A DNA stretch of 64,000 nt from Phoronis australis. Its lineage: Eukaryota; Animalia; Phoronida. The stretch's first letter is position 1. The number at the start of each line of letters is the position of its first letter. The translations under genes and the position numbers were made by a program. The notes beneath the pieces were generated by a model, which was given only the letters and a program-made list of their open reading frames with translations, was not told the origin of the DNA and did no database searches. The stretch lies in assembly GCA_002633005.1 (NCBI GenBank), contig NMRA01000397.1, positions 183,325 through 247,324 of the forward strand, written 5' to 3'. Below are positions 52,614 to 64,000 of this stretch, in pieces.

Positions 52614-55600
52614 NTGCCTTTTATGTAATAGATTACACAGTAGATGGGATAAAACAATATATCACTATTCTGATTATGTAAGACAATACTTGTTGCTGAG
52701 CAGTCTGCAAAGGGTATGATAGCTTCAAAGATAACAATCAAGTAGCACAGTTATGTAATTTTCCAGGGCAGTGTTTAAAGTAACAACCTAATTGGCATTC
52801 CCAATACTTCAGATTTTCAAGCTATAAGTATCTAAATTCCTGTTTATCTACTAATGAAACAGTCTGCATAGGCTTATAGGTTTCTAACACCAAGCTCAGA
52901 AGAGACATGAATCACTGAACTTCATCAGTCAGCTACTGCAGTTTCCTAATACGAACCTTGAGTGGCAGTGATGAAGATATGATGAATTCTTAAGGAATGT
53001 TTTCCTTCCTCTTCATTCAATATGGTAAAATCTCACCAGTTTCAGGAAAAAATAAATGCCAAAATTGACATCTTTTGATTTCAAGGTCTCCTAACATTGT
53101 TTTGAAAGGCCTCAGTTTTGTCTGTAAAATACTGATGTGGTACAGAACTCACATGCATATGGCAGAACCTATTACGAGGTAACTAGAAATTAAAATGTCA
53201 TTTGTCCATCATAATGTGTACTAAGTTGGTGAGATTTCTATCATCAGTAGTCTTTCCTCATAATGTGATATTTGTATTATGAGGTGGCAATATGTTGCAA
53301 AGCCAACAATGTGAGTCTATGTGAATACTCTCTACGTAATAAGGCTACAGGTCAAATGCTTATGGTTAAAATTCCTGAATTTAGGACAGTCTTCTGAATT
53401 TCAAACACCTAAATCCAACCACAAACTTAACTTTTTGATTCTGAAATTTGGGACACGGTCAAGTTTGGCATTCACCATATTTCTCAGATTTCGGACACAT
53501 CGATTTTAGTGGCATTGGCCGCAATTCTCACATTCCAAACAGTGTGCTTTTTTGCATGATCGGTGATTATTTACACATCATTTAAAACTGCCACCGGTGT
53601 AATGTATTGGGTGATGTTGCAGTCTAGAGTTATCGATATAGATGGTTTGTGTATATCTCGCACATTTTCTTGGCAGTCGTAATCACAGACTCAAAATATT
53701 TGCCATGCGTGAGTGTGGTTTCACTATGCAAATGAAATGTATGTTCTCTGACTTTCGCGTAATCGTCACAGTGTCACGTTTTGTATTTGGCTTAACATCT
53801 AATTAATAAGCACCGATGATGAGTTCATTGTGTTACCAAGACCAATACCGGGCTCACGGCTTCAATTTTTTTCCGCGAACCTGCGGTCCACTTATCTTCC
53901 TCTCAGCGCCAAGACCTTCGCTATGCCATGCGCCCGAATTAGCATAACAATGTTGTTCAGTGTCAAATTAAAACAGACTTTGTGAAAAGCAAAAATCCAT
54001 GTCCTAGTTTGTCATGCAGTACACGTTAAAACATTCATGTTGTATCTTTATGTCTCCCTACTGACATTCTATTTACTAGTTTATTTTGTATTCTACCTGT
54101 ACTCGTCCGGGTTACTGGTCAGGGCACTTAAATCGGGTATCTACAAACAGAGGGAAGGCGATAAGCCGAGCATGGGCGGTTAATGTCAAAATTTTTGAGA
54201 AGTCAAGAGTGGGTGCTTATTGCGCGCAGGACTGATTTTTACCAACACGGAGCTATACTGATGTCGGACTTCAAGTATGTCAGTTAAAATATACATCGGC
54301 GGATTGAAAAAACGGACTTCGACTGGCTGAAGTGGAATTATGCACACGATATAATGGCGCAGTGATCCCGAGCGTGATTGGGTTTTTACGTACCTCGGTC
54401 GCTGCCCGTCATCTCTTAAAACTAAGGTATTCGTACAGGTAGGCATGTATTACGTATGGCAAGTTTCTTGAGAGAAAAGCAAGATCACACAAGACAATGC
54501 TAGTTCGCCATGTGATTTTGTAAAGATTTGCTCCCCCCTAGACACTTAAGCAACCAAACATGCGCTAATGATTGACAGGTCTTCATTCTTTGAACCTAGT
54601 TAGAACAATGTAACATTTTATATACATTGCAAATTTTTTTCAGAGTTAAACAGCCAACACCATGGACTTTATTTACTTGTATCTTGGTGGTGGGAAGGCT
54701 GTTTCGGGGACTGTTTGAGTGACAGGGGACTCATATGTACGTCACACGTGCTGCCCCAGAAACAAACCAGGGTTACATATACTGCAGTGGCGTCGTCTGT
54801 GTTTGGTTTGCGAACAGTTTAACGTGAAGACATGAAGCACCAATGGTTATTGCGAAAATGGTTATAGCGAATAATCAGTTAAGGGATGTTACATGACAAA
54901 TATATATATATATATATTTCCCATCACAAAGTTTGGTAAGTCGATTGTGTTTAGAGTCAGTAACATCGCTGTTTATGATTTTGAGGACACTGTTTGAATT
55001 TCTTGTCACCAATAACGATCAAAAATCTGTGCCGCTTTTCATACGGTCTGCAACCACAAATCAAAACATTGTAGGCAGCCGACCAAATAAATTCCAGGAT
55101 TTCGGACACCGTCGATTTTTCTGTCTTTCTCATATTTCTCGAATTTCGGACAGCCAATATTGTCTATTTCTAAAATTTCAGACAGGTTCAAAATAATTAT
55201 TTTTTCGCTCTCCTAAACTCGCAATTTTTACCGTAAGTAATGTTCACATTAGCAATAATCACATTGCCATCATCATAATGCTATTTGATCCTGACAGGCA
55301 CACACTGTCAGCACACTCACTCACCCCCCCTGCCATTGAAATGCCTGAGCAAATTAGCAAGTCTATGTTTCGTAGATGACATGCATTTCACACTCATTTT
55401 CTGATACACAGTAAACTGATAAGATTTTCCTAATAAAGCAATTAGACATTCATTGTCATTATCAGGACTATTGCCCTACAAGAACAAGTAGGCTTTAGCT
55501 TATCAAAATTACACTATGTGTTATTTTAAATTATCATACCACCAGGGAACACAGTAGATGATGCCCATTATCAGGTAATGTTGCCCAGTGAGCTATCACT

Positions 55601-56131
55601 ATCATTCAAGCTACTTAGATGTCAGATGTCCTGTAGCTATGGTGATCTGAGCAACAGCTGCAGAAACCATGAACTCCTGCATAAACCATTCTGCACAGGA
55701 TGTCATGACTTACAAAGCAAGATACTGCCACCATGGCACAATACACCTCAGCACCAGAAAGCCACAAAACAAACTATTGCTAAGTATGCTCAGATTATCT
55801 GGACAGGGTAATTGGTTTCTGCTGTAAGATGAATATATTAAAGGCACAACACGCTCTGATGCAACTTTTCTATATTTGTTAGCCCCCAAAACATCATCCA
55901 AAATCAAAAAAGTCAAGAGTGTGAAGCGAGGTATAGTTTTGCATGATTTTTCGTCATAAATTAAAATACATGTTACAAATTCCCCTCGATTTCCAAGTAA
56001 AAAGTCGTGCCTCTTCTATTAAAACAGCAAAGTTTTCAATTATTAGTTTTATGACAGGCCAGTCAGCAGAAAACATAAATTCAATTGTTGAGCTCGTGTG
56101 TCTCGCACTTTCTCTTTGTTAACAGGGGCAC

Positions 56132-57110
56132 TTTGGGCTTTGGATCCACCAGTGAGCAGACCATGTAGTATATCAAAGAAAGAATTTACGTGCCCAACAG
56201 ACAAATCATATCAATGTAAAACAATGACTTTTTTATTAGAAGTCAAAAATTGAAGAACACAGTAAAATAAGCATTTTTGGCACTTCACCAATTTCAGATA
56301 TTTTGCACAAAAAATAAGAGCCCAACTTGCCGCTAGCTTGAACAAAAGCTTACTAGACAGCTAAACTTGAATTAGTTTAGTTCTATTATTTTTTGGACTG
56401 TTTTGATCAGCAAATGTCACCTTGGTGAAATGAAATTTCTTTAAGTATGTTGCTTTGTCATAAAATTTGTTTTTACTTGGCGAAATAAATTTTGCCAAGT
56501 ATGTTGCTCTGACGTCAAGTTTGTTTCTTTTTTGTTTGTTCGCACGATACAAGTCGCAATTTTCGTCTGATNGAGGGAAGGCGATAAGCCGAGCATGGGC
56601 GGTTAATGTCAAAATTTTTGAGAAGTCAAGAGTGGGTGCTTATTGCGCGGAGGACTGATTTTGGGCTTTGGATCCACCAGTGAGCAGACCATGTAGTATA
56701 TCAAAGAAAGAATTTACGTGCCCAACAGACAAATCATATCAATGTAAAACAATGACCTTTTTATTAGAAGTCCAAAATTGAAGAACACAGTAAAATAAGC
56801 ATTTTTGGCACTTCACCAATTTCAGATATTTTGCACAAAAAATAAGAGCCCAACTTGCCGCTAGCTTGAACAAAAGCTTACTAGACAGCTAAACTTGAAT
56901 TAGTTTAGTTCTATTATTTTTTGGACTGTTTTGATCAGCAAATGTCACCTTGGTGAAATGAAATTTCTTTAAGTATGTTGCTTTGTCATAAAATTTGTTT
57001 TTACTTGGCGAAATAAATTTTGCCAAGTATGTTGCTCTGACGTCAAGTTTGTTTCTTTTTTGTTTGTTCGCACGATACAAGTCGCAATTTTCGTCTGATC
57101 CTAACGAAAT
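56132..57110. repeat. ~440-bp duplication across N56572 within a TIR-type element
   Basis: 56132-56571 matches the segment starting at 56660 (offset 528); 56573-56662 matches 54150-54239. Confidence 0.85.
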
Positions 57111-57834
57111 TTACACACAAGTTGTACATCCAGAAGTACAGGAACCCTTATTGTTTTTCGTCATAATCGGATCAAGATGGCGAATATGGTGGCCATTTTG
57201 TTTTCAATTTCAGATTCAACTGCTCATGGAAGCCGGTAATTACGCATGCGCACATCGATTTTGTTAAAAAAACGTTTTCTCCTGTAGAGGGCGCATTATA
57301 GAACCAGTTGATTTGAAATTTTTCACGTTTGTTTTTTATGACTAGCTATTATTCAATCCTAAAAAACCGAAAGTTGTTTCCAAGATGGCGGATCTGGCGA
57401 ATGTTGACCCATTATTAGTCGTGCTGGGGTGCCCTTTTGAACGAGAAGAGAAAATGACATGAATTTTTAATTTTTGCATGTGGATTCTCTGAGGTTTACT
57501 CTATCAAATGAACTGTAACAATTTTTTCTCAGACTTACCGTTTTCGAGTTATTTGACTTTGAATTTCAAAAAAACCCCACAAAATTTCAATATTTTCGAA
57601 AAACTCCCGGAATTTTGTGATACTAAGAATTTAGATAAAATTTTGAACGGGCTATCACAATATGTTTTCCATTTTTCGCTAGGGCGTCTACTTTTTGAAT
57701 TATTTGAAATTTTCTGGTAGCGCTGTTCCTTTGTTGAGCGGTCTTGCTGCATTGATGTTGGATAAGTTCTATATTGAACAATACTGTAGCCTATTTGTTA
57801 CTGATTTATGACATCTAAGCTCGTCATCTGAATG

Positions 57835-58045
57835 TTATGATGTTGTTCATCCTCATCACCATCATATTCGTCATCTTTGTCATCATGTCCTTCGTCGTCT
57901 TTTCAATTGATTTCGCCAAGTGTTGCTCAAGACTTTTCTCACTGATTTCTGACCTCTACGTTCGTCATAGGAATGGCTATCATTACCTGTATTGTTCATC
58001 ATCGCCATCATCGTCATCATAGCCATCATCATCTCTATCGTCGTA
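57835..58045. repeat. degenerate (CAT/CGT)n trinucleotide repeat
   Basis: catcatcgccatcatcgtcatcatagccatcatcatc and similar runs. Confidence 0.75.
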
Positions 58046-61000
58046 TTTTCTGTTAATTTCGCCAAGTTTCGCTCCTTGGAGCGCTTTCATTTGTTTTTTG
58101 CTTGGTTTCTTGTTCACACGCTGCAGATAGCAATTCTTATTGGATCAAGGTGAAACTTACACACAACATGTGTCTCGTGAATGGCTCGAAGCCTATAGTT
58201 CTTCGACATGATCGGATTCAAGATGGAAGATGTGGTGGACATTTTGTTTTCAAAATCAGATTCAAATGGTCATAGAGGTCGCAAATTTGACGTACAAGGC
58301 TGAACGTCTGTACGGTTGTTGTAGCAGACGTGTACTACACATGTGCTATAAACCATACCATTGTGTTTGTGTACCTCAATTTCAGGACGAAAATGTTTTG
58401 TCATGTAAAGGGCGCATTGTGAAACCAATTACTTCAAAATTTTTGATGTGTTAGTTTCCTGTGAGTAGCCATTACCAAATGCTGCTCAACAGAAAGTTGT
58501 TTTCAAAGTGGTGGATTTGACAAATTTTTATCAATTTTCAATTGGCTGGGATGCTATTTTAGAAGAGTAAATGATGTGAATTTTTGCATGTGAATTCTTT
58601 ACGGTATATTCTTTCAAATGTACACCAACATTTTTTTCTCACTTACCGTTTTCAAGTTATTTGACTTTCAGTTTAAAAAATACAAAATTTGAAATTTTTG
58701 GAAATTTTGTGAAACTAATTTTGTAGTTTTGAAGCAACAGGCTTTCAAAAGATGTTTTCCATTTTTCTGTTTTTGATTTTGCCATTGAGCTTAACTTTAA
58801 ATTTTTATTTTCTTTCATTAAATGTCACTCTTCAGAGCGCTTTCATTTCTGTTTGTTTGTAATTTTAACTAGGAGTTAGTAAAAAGGAAATTTCATGAAT
58901 TCTTTGCATACTTAGCACACAATAGAGCATAAACTGAAATTCGATTTTGTAAAATTTCTTGACAAACTCAGCAAAAGATAAAGAACATTGTTTTTAGAAT
59001 GTAGAATACAAGCATGGAGTTTAGTGTTTTAGATGTCAAAATACAGCAGTTGCTAAAATTCATATTATTTGCAAACCAGTAATCAGCCTTTGAAATATGG
59101 AAAAAGTGCCACTATGGCAATTATATGTGTGTGACCTAAGTGAAGAAGTATTGAAGTAATATTTTAATTACAATATTGCCATAATTATATCGTTGAATTC
59201 ATAAAATGAGATTGATAGCATCAGTTACACGTGACACTTGAAAATATCAAAGAAAAATACTTAGTGATCAGTAAGTTATTTTAAGGTTATCTCAAACCTA
59301 ATATCTAGTGGCCTCCATTCTAACCTGTATATCATAACAAAACCCAAAAAACTGGTTTTGACAACTAGTAAAAGAGCATATTTTCTGAAACAAAAAATCA
59401 GGGATTATAAATATATATATTGATGTGTCTTTAGTACTATTACATTAACAACTCCTTTAAGTCAAAATTTCATTTTTAAGGTACATTCATAGCGAAATAA
59501 CGCCTAGCTCGATGTTAATAAAACCTTACAAAATGAAAACTTCACCAGTTACAAGATTCTCATTTTCATTGGGTAGCGTGTTTCACGCAACGGCAAGTGA
59601 GCGGGGCGGTGTGTTCGAGATAAGACAGCCGCAATAAACCTTACATTGACAATACATGCACAGTTCTACTCATGTCACGGGACTTAAATCATAAATTTAA
59701 TCTATATGAGATAACTTCTGCAACAAGTGAACCTTGCACACGTACATTTCTGTACTGTTGCCACGTGAGAATAGTTGCAATCCAAGTGGAGTGGTCACTT
59801 GTCGTATACGCACTGACACTCACCAGAATCAGTCCTAACAAGACCGCAGGATGGCACGGAGCTATTACTTTGCAATTTTATAAATTTATTCGCCTATGAC
59901 TAATTTGAGGGTAGCAGAACCTTTCTTGGGAAAATCCTCTGCTATGACATTTTTACCGCCATTTGGCGCCACACTGGAAAATTTTAATGCCATTTCCACA
60001 TTTGCTGTCGCCCAAAATGGCGATCTAAAAATGACTTTTCAAGCTCTGTACTGGCGTAGTATAGCAAATCACAGATTTTGATTATCCACTTATTGATTTG
60101 CGTTCTTTTATAAGGGCTTGGAATGACCCATGACAAAAAAGATGAAGTTTTTTACTGCCCCAAATACACATTGCAATCTAAACAACCATATCTCAATAGA
60201 TCGAAAGTAAACATTATTATCACAAGATGCCCAGTAACTTCGTTGTGTTGGCAAAAACTACTCATCTTAAGCAGTTCCCTGATATCTATTTCAGCAACAA
60301 TAATGAAGGCAATTAGACGAAACAGAAGACATTTTTTTAAATTAAAATAATAAAGATGATGCAAAATTTGCAGTGTAAGTGACAGAAGCTTTTCTTGATT
60401 TGCTGCAGGGAAACATGTAAAATTATTTTCAGTTCTTATAATTATGATACAAAATTATAAAAAATTGAAAATCGATCCAGAGATTATCTGGAATTTAATT
60501 CCAACAAAAATTTAATTCCAATGCAAATGGAAAAAAGTCAAGATGAAAACCTGTGGGTCATACCCCATTAGCATGGAAAAATGAAAGTTAAAAACAACAT
60601 ACCAGTACTTTAAACTATAGAAAACCTCAGTCACAACCTTAAGTTGGCCAAACTTTTCAGTTTCAAACAGTTATTACAGGAGCTAATTGTTCATAAGCCA
60701 AGCTGGTGGAGAACAAACTATGTGACATAGGAAATAACTTTAAGACACTCAAAATAGGCTAGCAGAATTTGTAAACACTGACTTAGACCAATCAGATCAT
60801 TCAGAACCTGTCACGTGAACTGCAAAACGTTTTAACAATTTAACATGGAAAGTGTCAAAATAAATTAGAATACATCAACGGCAATTTAAAACACATCCTG
60901 CAGTAATGAAAATAGCAGTTTGTATCTCGTTTCGGCAACACGTAGACACGACTGAACTTAGCATCAGGCCTAGCAGCGAACTTGGCAACTGCTGGCATGG

Positions 61001-61713
61001 GCTTGCACTTGGGATCAAACAAAATAATTTCATACATCACTCACATCTCACGAATTACCGGTTACGGTTGAATTTCCTTTCAGAAAGCGTAAATTTTCTT
61101 TCTTGTGTTTTCATCATTTTCAGGTGGTCCTCCACGATTTGGCCACAAACGCCGTAATTGTCCCTCTGTCAAAGTTTACAGGGCGCAAACCCTGACTTTT
61201 GTTGTTTGCGAACACATTGACAGTTACTTTTATCCACTTGTTCCACGAAATATTCTGTCTACTCCAAGATCCACGCATTTTCAGCCACAAAATCCCGCTA
61301 TTTGTCACTGCGAATTAATACCATATGCAGACGCCATTGATGAACCACGCTACCTCAGGTGACCCGGCAATTACAATTTTCGTTCTTCCGAAACATAAAG
61401 AGCAGTGTCCGCTTTTGAGTCGTCAGCAACGCTGCTTACGGAAACCAATTTGCTGCGGAAATTTTATGGCAAATCTGATTTTTTTCTGCGGAAATATAAC
61501 AAAAATGCGCAGATGGCATAAGGGAAAAAACGGAAATCCACGTTTCCACAGAAAATTGTAAGCCTTGAATTTATAAGATTATGAATTTCCATTTTACTTT
61601 TCCATAAAGTGCATACGAATTATTTTCCCTCGGACTCCTACTGTGCGACCTATTAGATAAACATCATGTTTTGTCATGAAATCCGCGACATTCATGATAT
61701 ATATATATATATA

Positions 61714-61940
61714 CCGTAATCGTTCGGGTTAACGCCCATGCTCAGTTAACCGCCCATCCCCGACTTTAAGTGGATTTTCGATTTAACTGCCCACTGCTCG
61801 GTTAAGCGCCCCCCTGCGATTTTTGAAGATTTCTAGTCAAGCGCCCACCTCTCGGTTAAGCACCCATCCCCGACTTTTAAAGAATGAAGATTTAGCGCCT
61901 AGTGCTAAGGAAACACGCGATTCCCCGACTTTTAGAAAAA
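61714..61940. mobile_element. terminus of a TA-target (Tc1/mariner-like) element inserted in a (TA)n tract
   Basis: (TA)n|CCGTAATCG followed by repeated ttaa(c/g)cgccca...ccccgacttt subterminal units; related sequence is inverted at ~54160-54235. Confidence 0.6.
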
Positions 61941-64000
61941 GATCGATGATCACAATGAGTGCAACGATGCCGGGACTCCGAGACGGTGGTTTAGCAATCT
62001 GAATTACAATACAGGTAACGAGTTATTGTCTTGGGTCATGAACTCACTTCAAAATATAATACTTGAACTTTTTGTCACTTTATTTTCTTCCCTTGTTTGC
62101 AAAGTTTAAGAATGCCGCCGGCGTCAAAACCCCCGAGTCCGCTTTCAGCGACTTTGTCTGCCACGCTGAATTTTTGTCTGCAGTGCACTAGATAAAACAT
62201 ATATTCGAAAAAATCAGGCCAGAGAAATGTGACAGTGGTTTTGCCAACCCTCCAAATTCTATTAAGGTGGGAAGCTCTCGTATTTTGAACAAATCTCACA
62301 ACTCACGGAAAGATGTCAAATTCTCAATATTTTGATGAATATAACTGCCGGGTTATAGAGGATGTGGGGCGACCAAAGGGACAGTACAAGTGCCTTACTG
62401 GGTTACCGATTTCGTTGCTGCCTGCCGATTTCTGAATTCAAACGTTGGCAATAATGTATGTTTGTGTATGACCTTGCAGTAATAAAAAACAGCTAGTCAA
62501 ATTTTATTTTTCCCTTATTGCATCTCAGTCAAACTGGTTAGCCGATTTAACTAATGTCGCTGGCTGTTCTTTACTATTTCTTGCGTCAGCCCCCACGTAA
62601 GCGTGACTGTGAGAATTATCGTTTCCACATCCCCTTTTTAGCCAGAATAATTTTGTTTATACATTGGCCATTTTCAGCCTGAACAAAAATTCTTACCATT
62701 CGAGTCTGAAAATATCTACGACGTAGACTGCTTGACGATAGTGGGTAGGAAGGAGATTCACGCAGTTAGTTACAGGGATGGGCTTAGGGAGCATCGAGCC
62801 GGGAAATATGGGAATAGACTGGACATCGCAGTTTAAGGGAACATTGGCAACGTAGGAATATCGTAAAGAACTGGGTCTTTCGTAACAACAGCTTAAAAGT
62901 ACATAGTCACGCCCGTTTTTGTTACTTCAGACTGTCGCTATTTGTGACTGATTTGTAGTGGTGCACGTGCGCAAGTTCCCACACTTTGGAGTGTATGTTA
63001 CCTTGACAACAACATGTGATTGACAGGTGACTCACACGTAGGCCCTACGTGCATGCTGAATCCCGCCACTATCTTTGGCCATAGAAAACGAGATGCATAT
63101 TTACTTGACGGCATTCCAAGTCACGATTGTCAGCCGACTGAGACATTGCGCGATAACAGCGGGACAGAACAGTGCCGCAGTGTGATATTACAAGTTATAT
63201 AAATAGGATAATCTGGACATCTTGCATGAAAAATAAATGTTTTTCCACCACGAAGTTTGGTAAGGTGATCGTTTAGAATAATGAATTGAAACATTGCCGT
63301 TTTTTGACATTTTGTAACATATTTATGCAGTTGCCTGAAATATTATTCTTGATCGACGACTCACCCCCGATCCTTGTCTTACTTCTTTGCATAGCATGTT
63401 TGGCGCAACGACAAGAGAGCAATGCCGGGCTGTCAAGATAAGACAGCTAGCCGCAGAACCATACGATGAAAATGTCATTGAGTCACGGAGTGTCGACAAT
63501 AACATCTCAAACACAAAAAACAGCAGAGTTAAGTTTTTCAAACTTTTATTACAACCAATTTTAAAACTGCTCTCTGACTCAGAACTTGACAGCTACAGTA
63601 CGAGACTGTAACCATAAATTTGATGTCTGACCTCTCCACAACATGAAGCTTGCACGCGCGCACTTATGCAGGGTCACATCTTTAAACAGTTTTAATTCTA
63701 GTGGAGGCTGCGAGGTCACTGGTACTCTGCGCACCGCAGGACGACACGGGGCTATTACTCAGTAATTTTGTAAATTTAATAGTGAATGACTAATCTGAGG
63801 GCAAAAGAACCTTTGTTGGGATCATCCGCTGTTATGACGTTGTCACAGTCATTTGGCGACGTGACGATAAACTCTTTGAAAAGGGCTACGCGTTCGGAGT
63901 ATGACTCAGTGGCAGATCTAGGATATCACAAGGGGGGGCCCAACATTTTGTCCGGCTGTAGATGCGCATAGCACCGAATGGGGGGAGGTCGGGAGGGGGG

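Noticed and set aside
55540-55830. Exon-like unique segment on the minus strand
   Set aside because: The frames I read contain stops and show no similarity to RELCH.

Overview
AT-rich, repeat-dense animal genomic DNA. It is probably a marine invertebrate deuterostome such as an echinoderm; this is an inference from the repeat types and frequent TAGGCCTA motifs. It comes from a draft assembly with one 602-bp N gap and several single-N contig joins. The only host gene I can support is the 3' end of a minus-strand RELCH/KIAA1468 orthologue: three coding exons (34784-34668, 30283-30130, 26551-26401). The intron between the first two of these is a U12-type (minor spliceosome) GT-AG intron and contains a THAP-bearing Kolobok-type transposon. 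The rest is mostly transposon-derived: a decayed Ty3/Gypsy pol, a decayed DNA element with an unassigned protein, a TA-target TIR family carrying a HIRAN-like remnant (4 copies), many MITEs and a tRNA-derived SINE. An abundant Helentron/HINE (Pearl/CvA-like) family has ~145-bp tandem monomers, each carrying a co-oriented CTCF-consensus-like motif; this is the most intriguing pattern. Duplications around single-N joins look like two uncollapsed haplotypes and expose indel and SINE polymorphisms. Most ORFs in the supplied track are spurious. No prokaryotic-type system (CRISPR, operon) is present. All family assignments come from motif recall, not database searches.
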